NCBI GenBank assembly: GCA_965214605.1 | Contig: OZ243961.1 | Location: 3,456,001-3,520,000 of the forward strand | Length of the DNA stretch: 64,000 nucleotides | Direction of reading: 5' to 3' | DNA from: an uncultured Candidatus Binatia bacterium | GTDB lineage: Bacteria > Desulfobacterota > Binatia > Bin18 | Shown here: in pieces, positions 20,874-31,524 of the stretch | Layout: every line of letters begins with the position of its first letter | Numbering within the stretch: the first letter of the stretch is position 1 | Notes under the pieces: generated by a model | What the model was told of the DNA's origin: nothing | Seen by the model: only the letters and a program-made list of their open reading frames with translations | Databases searched by the model: none | Translations under genes and position numbers: made by a program

Positions 20874-22604
20874 CTAGGGATCATTCACAAAAGCCCCCGA
20901 CCGGTAGAAGGCGCGAGTGACATCGGAGGAAAACGGTCTCCTGGTGGCAAAGGTTGCCAACAGAATCCTCATGGTTGACTTCCTCGTCGAGGTGAGGGGT
21001 AGCGCCAGAGAGCGATGGGCAGAGGTGTACCCTCTCCACAGGGTGCTGGTCTGTGAGACTCCTACTTCCCGGGCTGGGGTCAGCCGACTACGGGTGAACA
21101 GATCTAGCGACAGGTCGTGGTTGTAGCGCGACTTGTTCACGGTTGAGACCGTCGTGCGCTTGAGCTGATAGTCGATCCATGAGCGACCGAGCAGAATCGG
21201 AACCTCGACGTTGGGGGTGCCTTGGACGTGACGCGGGTGACCGTAGCTGTACAACAACGTCTGCCAGTGGGCGCCCTCGGCGTCAAACATGAGAGCGTAG
21301 AGCGGGACTGAGGTCTGCCGATCTACGTACAGCACACGGCGGCTATAGGGGTGGTCAGGACTGCGGGGGAGGGTTTCTAGCACGTACACCTGACGCAGCT
21401 CCCACGGATCGGTCGGATAGCCCCCGCCGGTTCCCCCAAATTGTGCCACCCGACCCCGAACAAAGCCCGGCGCCAGAGCCAGTTGGGTCGTCATCAAACG
21501 CCAGGTAAAGGTCGGGATTTGCTCGCCGACAACATCCTCGGCAACCATGGTAAAGCCCAAGGCCGAGGCTTCGGGGGTAGGACCGACGGTGGTGAACTGT
21601 CCGCTGCTGGCCACGGCCATCCACTGGCCGATGGGACGCTGATCGGTATGACAGCGATGGCGCAGGAAGCTTATGCTAGGGCCCGCCGGATCAGAGGTCT
21701 GCTCAAAAGGAAAGCTGAACAGCTGAACATACTCTTTGGCCACGATCCCGCTGTTTTGCCAAGCCGGGACGTTATATTCCTCTCTGGCACGGTACATGCC
21801 AAACGCTTGGGCTGAGTGGCTGGAAAAGGTGTACTCGGCCTCGCTTTTGCCATCGCGTGAAACCGTATCGGTCCACTGTTCAATACGGTCGCCGCTATCC
21901 CGGTAGCGAATGTTCCAGGCGGCTTTGAGCCCGGCTTGGGGGTCTGCCATATCTAGAACCGCAAAAGGTAAACCGGCCCGATACGCCTGAAGCTCAGCGC
22001 CACCGTCTCCAAGTCGAACCTGAGCGCCAAAGCCCAGGGTGGCTACGGTATAGGTGGTGCTGGGCGGGAGGTCGGTCGTTTCTTGGACCATGATAGAGAA
22101 ATCGCCGTTGGCAACGTAGTGGAGGAGCTGGGGCGGCAACAGGTCCTGAGCAGCCTGCCAGTTATCGGCCGAGATCTGAATACCCGGAGTGATCGTCTTG
22201 ATTAACGGCGTGCCGCGTGTGTAGGGATAAAAGCTGGCCAGCACCTGGCCTCGAAAGGCCACATTGCCCTGTCCGCTACCGTGCTTGTCAGCCAAGCTAC
22301 GAGCGATCAACAGCTCGTGTTCGATCTGTTGCTGGGATAGAGCAAATTCCGTGCGCAGACGGCTGCGCGTGGCGGGATCAAGGCGGCTATAGCGCTTGAG
22401 GCTCTCTTCGTACTCTACGATCGCCTCAAGGTGGCGACCCTGTTTGAGATAGGTCTGGGCGGTGTTGTAGGTGTTAAACGCGAGCAAAAAATCGTTCATG
22501 CCGAGCGCGCCGGCGCGTGGTTGTGTAGGCGAGTGTGAGCCACACGCACCCAGCAGACTGACGCTTAGCAGAGCAAAGATCCGTAAAAGAGTGGCGTAGC
22601 GCAT
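20874..22604 (-). CDS. Lipoprotein with TPR-like helices and a DUF1329-like domain
   Basis: Lipobox LLGAC; ISADNW..DLLP, GLPF..DPQAG..AWN, WELRQVYVLE..HPYSRRVLYVD; AAGGAGGAGG RBS. Confidence 0.75.
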   Translation of the reverse strand: MRYATLLRIFALLSVSLLGACGSHSPTQPRAGALGMNDFLLAFNTYNTAQTYLKQGRHLEAIVEYEESLKRYSRLDPATRSRLRTEFALSQQQIEHELLIARSLADKHGSGQGNVAFRGQVLASFYPYTRGTPLIKTITPGIQISADNWQAAQDLLPPQLLHYVANGDFSIMVQETTDLPPSTTYTVATLGFGAQVRLGDGGAELQAYRAGLPFAVLDMADPQAGLKAAWNIRYRDSGDRIEQWTDTVSRDGKSEAEYTFSSHSAQAFGMYRAREEYNVPAWQNSGIVAKEYVQLFSFPFEQTSDPAGPSISFLRHRCHTDQRPIGQWMAVASSGQFTTVGPTPEASALGFTMVAEDVVGEQIPTFTWRLMTTQLALAPGFVRGRVAQFGGTGGGYPTDPWELRQVYVLETLPRSPDHPYSRRVLYVDRQTSVPLYALMFDAEGAHWQTLLYSYGHPRHVQGTPNVEVPILLGRSWIDYQLKRTTVSTVNKSRYNHDLSLDLFTRSRLTPAREVGVSQTSTLWRGYTSAHRSLALPLTSTRKSTMRILLATFATRRPFSSDVTRAFYRSGAFVNDP

Positions 22605-22712
22605 AGCGACCTCCTCCTTTGGCTCTATTGCCGTGTCTATGAGCGGCTGTCAGGCAGCTCTCCTTGTTGCTCTGCGTTCTTCTAGTATGGAGTATCGGCC
22701 GTCACTCCGTCC

Positions 22713-25151
22713 TCATTGTCGGGAGGAAAAGTTTTCCGTCCCGACAGGCGCTGGGTGCAGCACAGTCTTGTGCTGGGTGACGGCTTCAATCTTCTCCCGC
22801 GAGTACGGGAGGGGGAAGTAGCGACCTGCGGCCCACATGGCGGCAAGGTCTCGGTAGTGTTCGTCATCCGGATTGCCGGACTGGCCGGGCGCGTTGATAC
22901 CCAACGAGCGATCCCAGTCCGACAGGTCGGCAATAATCCGAAAGGACGCTCCAGTCTCTTGGGCCGCGTTATTGTCGCTGTTGTTAAGTGTATACCTATC
23001 CCCTCCCCGGGCGATGGGACCAACCTCAAAGCGTTTGGCATATTCGGGGGTAACCGCTCCACTGAGAGGATGGCGTATCAGGATATGATGATACTGGGCT
23101 TGGCCGTAGGTCCAGGCCTGCGGCTCAGGACCGAACCGCTCTGTCAGATTCTGGACGGCTTGTTCCAAACTTGTCAGGACAAACTGGTCGCGGCCGGCGG
23201 TAGGATCTTGGCCATAGCGGCTGTCCGGGGCAAGCAAACTGTTGATCACGGGCTGGAGAACTATGGTGGGGAAGTGTTCGTGCAGAGCCTGGGGGACTTG
23301 GCGATCAAGAAAATTTTTCCACAGGCGCTCCTGCCAGGCGGCGTAGATGCCAGCGGCGACCGAGTCTTTGGCCAGGACATAATTCCAGGCGAGCAGTGTT
23401 TCGATCGCCTGCTGGACCGGCAGCTGGTCGGAGTGTAGACCGCTCAGCAGGGGGACGAGCGTCCGGGCAGGAATGGATAGCTCGTCGTTTTGAAGCCGCA
23501 TCATATCCATAGTAGTGAAGTTCCTGCGGCTGTCTAAAACCTCCTGAGCACGGGCGAAACGGTACGGCTCAATCCAGAAATAGCTAATCGGATAGGGGTA
23601 GTTGGGCGGCAGGTTCTCCTGGTTGGCAGTGGCCCAGAAGCCCTGGGGCGGATTGAAGACATGCGGAAGTTGTTTGATCGGTAGATAGCCGGCCCACTCG
23701 AACCGGCCGTCACCCGGAACCGGCAACAGGCCGTTCCAATTCGGCCGGAGAGGAACAACACCAACGGCCTGCCACCCAATGTTTCCCTCCACATCGGCCC
23801 AAACCATGTTTTCTGAGGGAGCGCGGGAGTAGGCACAGGCTTCCCGAAACTCTTCCCAATTGTTGGCCTGGTCCATACGTAAACTGGCCAAATACGGCGC
23901 GCCGCCAATTTCCAGCCAGGCAGCCCGCAGACCATAAGCGCGGTGCGTGTCGGGGTCGGCCTTCAGAATCGGGCCGTGGAGGGTGTAGCGCAGCTCAACC
24001 CTGACTGGCTCTTGGCCTTTGATCTGGATCGTCTCCGGGTAGATCCGCATGTCTTGCCACTCGCCCTGGTAGCGGTACTGGTTTGGATTGTCGGGGTTGG
24101 TCTCGTATACGTACAAGTCTTCCGCATCGGTTGGAAAGATAGTCAGTCCCCAGGCTCCGTATTCGTTGTGGCCGATCGATACGCCAGGCAGGTGCGGCTC
24201 ACCACCACCAATCACGTTCCAGCCCGGGGCGACCAAATGAACCCAGTAACGGAGCGACGGGGCAGTGATAGCTCGGTGCGGATCGTTAACCATAAAGGGC
24301 TGACGGCTCAGGGTGTGAGAGCCCGCAACGACCCAGTTGTTGCTGCCCTCTCCTTCGGAGGTCGCAGGGCTGCTTTGGAGGGGGGGTGGGGAGGGCGTGG
24401 CACGGGCGGCAGGATCAACAATATCCTCAGGCTGAAACTCCACTCGCTGTCGGGCGGCGGTGTAATATTTGCCGACGTCGGCCGGTATGGCGCTGAGATC
24501 GAGGCCCTCGGCAACGGTCAGATCGGGCTTGCCGGGATGGAGGTTTAACATCTCACGTGTTTTGTCCGGTCCGAGGCTGGGCAGGACAGTGGCTATACGA
24601 AGTTCGGTCTGGAAATTCAGAAAAATACCGCCCAAGCGAGACACTACGATTTCCGGGGTCCAGGCTTGGGGTCTGATGCCGAGCAGGTGAAACTCGACAG
24701 GCAGGAGTTCGGGCTGTTGTCGGGTCTGTTCGATGTAGGCGTTAATGCCTCTGACGAAAGCGGTGATAATCTGCTCACCCTGGGGATGATAGTAGTACAT
24801 ATCGAGGCGAAGATCGCCGCGGGGTCGCAGCAGCCGAGCACCAATGTCTCGGTCGAGCGCCTTTGGGCCTTGAATCTCTGCCATCGTACCGGTCACTCGA
24901 CGACGCCAGATTTCGAGCTGGAAAAGACGGTCCTGGGCAGCGTTGTAGCCCTGGGCAAAGAACAGGTCGTCCTGATTTTTAGCGTAGATGTGAGCAACCC
25001 CCCAGCGGTCGGAGAGAATTTCGACCGGTTCGTTGAGGCCGGGGACCTGCAAGGTGGCGGTTTGCTCCTCGGCTCGGAGAGCGGGGAGCGGGAGGCTGAG
25101 GATGACGGCAAGGAGGCTCATGACGACGGATTGTACACCACCAGGCTTCAT
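22713..25151 (-). CDS. Penicillin acylase family Ntn-hydrolase (secreted)
   Basis: Signal peptide, DRWGVAHIYA, QDRLFQ, GSNNWVV nucleophile, NDPHR, PGQSG. Confidence 0.95.
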   Translation of the reverse strand: MKPGGVQSVVMSLLAVILSLPLPALRAEEQTATLQVPGLNEPVEILSDRWGVAHIYAKNQDDLFFAQGYNAAQDRLFQLEIWRRRVTGTMAEIQGPKALDRDIGARLLRPRGDLRLDMYYYHPQGEQIITAFVRGINAYIEQTRQQPELLPVEFHLLGIRPQAWTPEIVVSRLGGIFLNFQTELRIATVLPSLGPDKTREMLNLHPGKPDLTVAEGLDLSAIPADVGKYYTAARQRVEFQPEDIVDPAARATPSPPPLQSSPATSEGEGSNNWVVAGSHTLSRQPFMVNDPHRAITAPSLRYWVHLVAPGWNVIGGGEPHLPGVSIGHNEYGAWGLTIFPTDAEDLYVYETNPDNPNQYRYQGEWQDMRIYPETIQIKGQEPVRVELRYTLHGPILKADPDTHRAYGLRAAWLEIGGAPYLASLRMDQANNWEEFREACAYSRAPSENMVWADVEGNIGWQAVGVVPLRPNWNGLLPVPGDGRFEWAGYLPIKQLPHVFNPPQGFWATANQENLPPNYPYPISYFWIEPYRFARAQEVLDSRRNFTTMDMMRLQNDELSIPARTLVPLLSGLHSDQLPVQQAIETLLAWNYVLAKDSVAAGIYAAWQERLWKNFLDRQVPQALHEHFPTIVLQPVINSLLAPDSRYGQDPTAGRDQFVLTSLEQAVQNLTERFGPEPQAWTYGQAQYHHILIRHPLSGAVTPEYAKRFEVGPIARGGDRYTLNNSDNNAAQETGASFRIIADLSDWDRSLGINAPGQSGNPDDEHYRDLAAMWAAGRYFPLPYSREKIEAVTQHKTVLHPAPVGTENFSSRQ

Positions 25152-25319
25152 TTTTTCTGCTCGCGTAGGAACTATACAGGATGAACGGGCAAGATACCTT
25201 TCTGTGCTACGGAGCTTAGCCAATTGTTTGCTGGGTGTCTACTTCAGCGATGATGAGCGGCCCACGGATAGTGGAGCAGCCTGCATCAATCCCCACAAGG
25301 AGCCCGTCAACACCACCCG

Positions 25320-26440
25320 CCACCTAGGGCGCACTCAAGGGCGCCGTCATACAGAGTTTTAGCGTTTTCGGTACCACGGAGATGGCGACAAAACACGTTC
25401 CTCTTTGTCTCAACCACAAGGTACGGCCACTCGCCCTCTTCAGCATCAATCGCAATTGCCTAGTCCGGGTTGCCGCTGCCGAGCGGTGTTGACACGGAGA
25501 ACCATACCACAGAGCTTGCTATACACCTTAACTGTTTTGCTCTTCTCAAGCTGGGTCGGTAAAACCGCGCTTAGTGTCAGACTCATCAATGACCTGCTCG
25601 TAGACCGACTTTGCGGTGTTGGGCAGGTTCTTTAGGGAGCCGCTCAGCTCTTTCGTTTCAAAGAGTTTCTGCGCGTAGCATTCATCCCCGCTGGTATTTG
25701 ATACCGCCTACCAGGGCTTGTCGCTTACAGTGATTGAAGGCTTGAGCGGCAGGCAACTGCTGGGGACTGCGCTTGAAGTCATCCAGCCCCGTGCACAGTT
25801 GAAAGCTGTACCGCGTTGGCTGCGTCCGGTTCCGAAGTTCGGTCAGCACGTCGGGGAGATCAGTAGCCACCTCGGCCAGCGCCACGCTGGCCGCCCCGGT
25901 TGTCTCGTTTGCCTCCACGCCCGGCTGACCGAGGGCAAGGTCGCCTTTGCGCCACTGGAGTCGGGGTCTTGGTATCGCCGGCGCATTGTGATGCGCTCTG
26001 GCGCCTTAGTAGGTCCTTGTTGTCGATCGCTATGCGATAGGTCTTGTACTTGCTGCGCTTCCAGATGGCCTTGAACTTCGGTCTGTAGAGCACTGGCCTG
26101 ACGCAGGTGGACCTCCACGGTGATCGTCGGCATTCTTGACCTCAAGTCGCCCGGCGATCTTACGCAGCACGACGGTGATCTCCGCCCATTGAGGTGCGAA
26201 CTGATCAAGAAGGCTGAGCGGCTCGTCCTTGAGCGCCTGAGGGAGTCGTATATCTATCCCTACGCGTCAGTGAAGCCGTAGTGCCTGTTCAGCTCGAAGA
26301 TTGTAGGCAGGTAGACATAAGTCTCACCAGTTCCTGTCTCCATCTCCACGGTGAAGTCGCTGGAGTCCAGAGCTGCAGAGGGCGGCAAGCCACTGCGGAT
26401 TTGGACGGCGTTCAGGTTTTTGAGGATCTTATCACTCCGA
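25320..26440 (-). pseudogene. res: Type III restriction endonuclease (Res) remnant
   Basis: FTVEMETGTGETYVY..IFELN, LPDVLTEL, KSVYEQVI, STPLGSGNPD*AI..VVETK across several frames with stops and deletions. Confidence 0.85.
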
Positions 26441-26619
26441 AGGACGGCCAGCCGGCTACCGAGTTGTCGGGAAAAGCGAGCCACCGCTTGGCGTGCCGCA
26501 GGGTCTTATGATGGTGAACTCGGTCCGGCATATCTCCTAGCCCCGGAACAGGTCGCCTCTCTAGCCTGGATAAAGTCGGGCTCACAGTGGAGTTGTCTTG
26601 CTTCCCTCAATCCCTGGAC

Positions 26620-27690
26620 TTGACCATATTTGCCTGGATACGCTCTAACAAGTGAGCGCGGTCGATACGCCTTTGGGTGACCGCTGTCTCCAAGAGTTCC
26701 GTGACATGCAATTTCGTGAGCCGTCGGTATCGGCCTCTCTTAATTGCGGTCATAACGCGACGAGCGACTCGTCCCTTGTCTATACGATCGCCGGCTGCGG
26801 CTAGTGCCAGCGCCGCCTCTTCGACTTCGGTATCCGTTTTGTTGCCGCACTGCCAATAGGGTGTTCTCTTGGGTGCGGAGGTCTGCGGTCACAGCATCAG
26901 CCGGAATCTCGTCCGCCGTCCACGTCTTGTTTTTCGACCACTTCGCGCGCGTGATTTTGCGGGCCAGGAACAGAGGCTATGCTCCCAGATCGCTGATAAC
27001 ATCTCGAATGTACTCGCGAAGCCACGGCTCGGGCTCGTGATGCGTCCTGAGGATATCCGCCAAATCCCCTCCCCATGATTCTGCCGCCTGCACGGCGGCG
27101 TCTCTCATTTCCACATTCTCCATAGCCAGACCGGCACGAACGAGGCCAGCGTGCCATGAAGCAGTCCCCGGGCTGCTCTGACGCCCAAGGCAACGCAGAA
27201 CCGATCAAGACTCGGGCGCGCTACGTCCAAAGAGATATCCCTCAACCATTCGAGAATGTGCCGGTCTTCGCTGGATCGCAATGCCTCCCGAATGACCTTC
27301 TCGGCTAGATGCTCTATTCCGTCCTCAAGAGGCTCGGCCTCGAAGACCGCGTTGAGCTTGGTCGCAAGCCGTTCTTGCTTCCCGGCTTTTGACGAGGGGC
27401 TCTTTATCCAGGAGTATCGAAAACAGATTCCCGCCAAATGACATGTCAATCGGAACTCCAGGGGTCCGATCGAGGAATAGTTTGCGCACAAGATCCAGTT
27501 CCACTTTTTTCAACAACACAGCGCCTGAAGAAGTTGTGAGCGATTCCTTCCCCTGGATGAATAGGGGTGGTGGGATGTCAGAAGAGCTGGATGATATCAA
27601 AATCAAGAATGAACGCGCAGCGGTTCGTCGGATCTGGTATCGTACCCTGGGCCAGAATAAGGCACCCACCGTCCTGATAGAAATATTCAA
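26620..27690 (-). pseudogene. Remnants of two or three accessory hypothetical genes between mod and res
   Basis: Fragments FLARKITRAKW..ADAVTADLRTQENTL, FEAEPLEDGIEHLAE..ILEWL, FILDFDI interrupted by frameshifts. Confidence 0.45.
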
Positions 27691-27699
27691 CGCGGTCGG

Positions 27700-28334
27700 A
27701 CGTCAGCTCGGCGTGCCCTTCGGCAATTCCGAAAGCTAGCGACTCAAGGTTTTCCCTAGTGATGCTCTTGTCGAGGCAGGCGATCAACATGCTCTCATCC
27801 ACAGAGCGCGCGAACCTACAGGTCGAGTCCGAGCTTGGGCAGCAGCTCATGGAGAAGGTCCTGCTCGCTTCGATTTGAAGTGCTCAACGGCGTCGAGCAG
27901 GGTTTTTCCGGAGCATTGCGGTCTGGATCCCAGACGCCAATGTTGGAGGTATCAAGCTTGAAGACGCGGAAGCCAAGGTCGCCAGCAAACATGAAGTTCT
28001 CGTTTTTGGTTTTCTCGACGGCATGGCGGAGGCATTCTTTGGGCAGTTCAGCTATATTTCGAGACTTACAGAGCTTGTCGCAGAAATCGGCGGAGGTTTT
28101 CTGATTCTTATTCGTTGGGTCGAGGGGCTCTGAGAGCTGGACGAGAATGTCCCGCCAATTCCCTCCATCAACTGCGTTCTGCCACATTGTTGCGCGATCC
28201 GTCGTCCCTGAACCGGTGAAGAAGTCAGGAACAATGCCTTCTTCGTGCGTTCTTTGCTCAATCATTTTTTGGAGGTTCTCGGTAACAACGTCCGCCGAGT
28301 GCGTTTCCGGATCCTTGACGGTGATCTTTTTCAC
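27700..28334 (-). pseudogene. mod: Type III DNA methyltransferase (Mod) remnant with large internal deletion
   Basis: MKKITVKDPETHSAD, DFFTGSGTT, ILVQL, DLGFRVFKL, RSEQDLLHELL; no DPPY motif left. Confidence 0.85.
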
Positions 28335-28462
28335 AGGTCCTCTCGGTTCACAATCTTAGGGGGACGCTCCTTCAGAAATTCTATGGCTTTCAGAAACAGA
28401 ACACAGACGACCAGCATACTCACCCGATCTCGCGCTATTTGGAGACGCCTGGCAAGCGTCGG

Positions 28463-29716
28463 TTAGGCCGGGTCTTCGGTCAGGATAGGATAGGGTCGGA
28501 GGACATCTTCGAGTGGATAGGAGTAATCAAAGAAGGAGAGAGTGCGCAGCAACACCCGATCAACAACCGCGTCGGGACACGAGGCGCCGCAGGTGAGGGC
28601 GATATCGAGCGGGCGGCTAGCCGGTAACCAGCCCATCGTGTGGGTGATTTGGTGGGTGTCCAAAAGAAAGTGCCGAGCCATGTCCGCGGACACAATGTCG
28701 TCGGCGTTTTGGATGAAATAGGTCGGCATGGCCGCCTGGCAGAGCTCGACAATATGGGAGGTGTTGGAAGAGTTATAGCCGCCGACAACTAGGCCGAGGT
28801 CGGCGCCGCGCTCAATTAGCGCATAGGTCGCGTTCTGGTTTTCGTTGGTCGCATAACACAGGGTATCTGAGGTGTCGGCAAAGGTCTCGGCCAAATGGTC
28901 TTGGCCGTAGCGGTCGGCTAGGGCTTGGCTCAAGACCTGGCTAATTTCCCGAGTTTCTGAGGCTAACATCGTGGTTTGATTGACCACGCCGAGCCGTTCG
29001 AGGTGTCGGCTTGGGTCAAAGCCAGGGGAACATTTATGCCCAAAGTGGTCGAGAAAGACGTCCTGAGTCATCACTCCGAATTTTCCCCGGATGATATCAC
29101 CGAGCAGCTGGGCTTCGGCTAGGTTGAGGACAACCACGGTCGGCGCATTCTGGACGCTGTGAGAGAAGGTCGCCCGGGTTTCCTCGTGGGCAGCTTTGCC
29201 ATGCACAACAACCGTGTAGTGGTTGGTGCCGAGCTGGGCGCTGCGCTTCCACACCCGTTCGACAAACGGACAGGTTGTGTTGTAGGTGTAGGGGTCGAGG
29301 CCCCGGGTCGCCAGGCTGGTCTGGATTTCGAGCGTCGTCCCAAAGGCCGGGACGACCACGATATCGTCCGGCTTGAGCTCGTCCCAGGCAACGAGCTGGC
29401 GGCCTGAGGAGGAGAACAAAAAACGCACCCCGCGATCCTTCAGGTCCTGATTCACGTCAGGATTATGAATCATCTCGCTCAGAAAGAAGATGCGCCGGTC
29501 CGGATGTGCGGTAAGCGTCTTGTAGGCGATTTCAACCGCGTTCTCAACGCCGAAGCAAAACCCGAAGTGACGGGCCAGAATAAAGCGTACCGGACCGAAG
29601 TCGAGCAGGCTGGGGCTTAAGTCTTGTTTGCGCGGATCTTGCAGCTGACGCGCCTTTTTTACCCGCGAGATGATCGGGCTCGTATAAAAGTCTGGGATAT
29701 CAAAGTGGCGGGCCAT
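28463..29716 (-). CDS. ispH: 4-hydroxy-3-methylbut-2-enyl diphosphate reductase
   Basis: FGFCFGVENA, TTCPFV, NQTTM, DTLCYAT, GGYNSSNT, GASCPD. Confidence 0.95.
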   Translation of the reverse strand: MARHFDIPDFYTSPIISRVKKARQLQDPRKQDLSPSLLDFGPVRFILARHFGFCFGVENAVEIAYKTLTAHPDRRIFFLSEMIHNPDVNQDLKDRGVRFLFSSSGRQLVAWDELKPDDIVVVPAFGTTLEIQTSLATRGLDPYTYNTTCPFVERVWKRSAQLGTNHYTVVVHGKAAHEETRATFSHSVQNAPTVVVLNLAEAQLLGDIIRGKFGVMTQDVFLDHFGHKCSPGFDPSRHLERLGVVNQTTMLASETREISQVLSQALADRYGQDHLAETFADTSDTLCYATNENQNATYALIERGADLGLVVGGYNSSNTSHIVELCQAAMPTYFIQNADDIVSADMARHFLLDTHQITHTMGWLPASRPLDIALTCGASCPDAVVDRVLLRTLSFFDYSYPLEDVLRPYPILTEDPA

Positions 29717-29795
29717 AGCTATTGACGCGCGCGTCCTCTTGTGACCGGACGGTGCTAGCAGATTCGGGTCTGGTTCGCAACTGAGCGCGGCGTAT

Positions 29796-30668
29796 TTAGC
29801 CGTATCGAGCGATCACCTCGTCGGCAAAGCGTTCCAAGGCCGCGTCAGCGCTAGTGTCACGCAGGGCATGGACATTGATCAACAACCGGTCCACCCCCAG
29901 CTCTTGATGGACTGACAGGCTGTCAATACCTTGTCGGTAATAGTCCCAGTAAGCGGTGATTTCAAGCTCGGCCCGATTTCGTCCTTGACGGCGACATTCT
30001 TCGTCGAGCGCTCGCATATGTGCCCGGTACTCCTCCACATCCTTGCCGATCACGTACCAGCCGTTGCCGTACTGCACGGTACGTCGAATGGCAGGTGCGC
30101 TAACCCCGCCGATAACCAACGGCACCCCGCCAGCCTGGGCTGGCTTAGGGCGCATCATAAAGCCCTGCCAGCGCACAAATTCGCCCTGAAAATCGACCTC
30201 TTGTCCGGTCCAGACGGCTTTCAGGGCGGCTAGATACTCGTCCGAGCGTTTGCCGCGACGCGCAAACGGTGCGCCAATGGCGGCAAACTCCTCTTGCAGC
30301 CAGCCAATGCCCAGACCGAGCATCAGGCGTCCCTGGGACAGGTGATCGATTGAGGAGGCCCATTTTGCCAGATAGAGGGGGTTGGTCTGGGGTAGAATAT
30401 TGACCCCGGTGCCGAGCCGCAGACGGGTTGTCGCCGAGGCGATAAAGGTCAGGGCGACCAGCGGATCAATAATTGAGGCATCGGGCCGAAACGGCAGCTT
30501 GCCACTGGGATTATACGGATACACCGAGTCATAGTGTCTGGGAATAATGACGTGCTCGGCCGTCCAGACCGACTCATAGCCGAGCCGTTCCGCCTTTTGC
30601 ACGAACGGAATCATGACCTGCGGGTCAGTGAACTCCCCTAGGTTGATGGGAACGATACCGAATTTCAT
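29796..30668 (-). CDS. LLM class F420-dependent oxidoreductase
   Basis: AERLGYESVWTAEH, LRLGTGV, IDHLSQGRL, GIGWLQEEF. Confidence 0.92.
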   Translation of the reverse strand: MKFGIVPINLGEFTDPQVMIPFVQKAERLGYESVWTAEHVIIPRHYDSVYPYNPSGKLPFRPDASIIDPLVALTFIASATTRLRLGTGVNILPQTNPLYLAKWASSIDHLSQGRLMLGLGIGWLQEEFAAIGAPFARRGKRSDEYLAALKAVWTGQEVDFQGEFVRWQGFMMRPKPAQAGGVPLVIGGVSAPAIRRTVQYGNGWYVIGKDVEEYRAHMRALDEECRRQGRNRAELEITAYWDYYRQGIDSLSVHQELGVDRLLINVHALRDTSADAALERFADEVIARYG

Positions 30669-31524
30669 AACCGCTGCCTCCCTTACTTGGGCTCGTGTCG
30701 CTAGTAGATAACATCAAACGCTTGTCTATTACTGGCAAAAACGTTCAGGTCAACCCGGCCGCTGATCGCGGTAACTGGCCCTCCGGCACCGTACTGCTAG
30801 CGGGTCTCGCGGTCGCGGAAGGAGTCGCGCGCTGCTAGGAACAGCTCTCTGCTTCATGTCCGCCGTTCAAGGCTGAGCCCCTGTCGAGACGCGTCGGAAA
30901 AATCATACATGGCGGAGATGACGGGTCGAGTCTGATGAGACTGTTCGATGAGGAGTCCTCCTCCCCCCCCCAACCCACGCTGAAATTGGGTCGGCGTCGG
31001 GGGGCTTTGATGTGCCACCGGACTCCAAGTCAACCGCTGGGCAAAAGGGCTCCAGCCTTGTGGAGAACGGGGTCTATAGAGTGTTCGGCCTATTTTGCAC
31101 CGGACGTACGCCGAGAGAAAAAATGGGAGGGGTCCCGTTTGAAGCTCAGCAGGGCGCAAGTGCGGACAAACGGGCGGTTGACCTCAGCACTCCCCTCTGT
31201 GGCCTTCATGTATACGCCGTCAACCCCGACCAGCCGATGTGGCCCTGGTTGCGGGAGACATCAAGCCCGCGAAGCGGAGAGGTGGTGCTGCTTGGGCAGT
31301 ATCCACACTCCGGCTAGGTAGAGTCGGGCTCCACCGCCGAGGAGCCCCCCCTCCGACCCCAGCGCCGACACTCCTGGCAGAGTGCGCCCGACAGCTCTGC
31401 CCGACAGCGGCTGGGGCGACACGCCCACAAAACAATCGGTGCCGCTTGTCCACGCCCCTCCTCTCGCTGGCTGACAAGGACCCAGCTATGGTAAAGAGCA
31501 GAAACGGTAAAGGAGGATAAGGGC

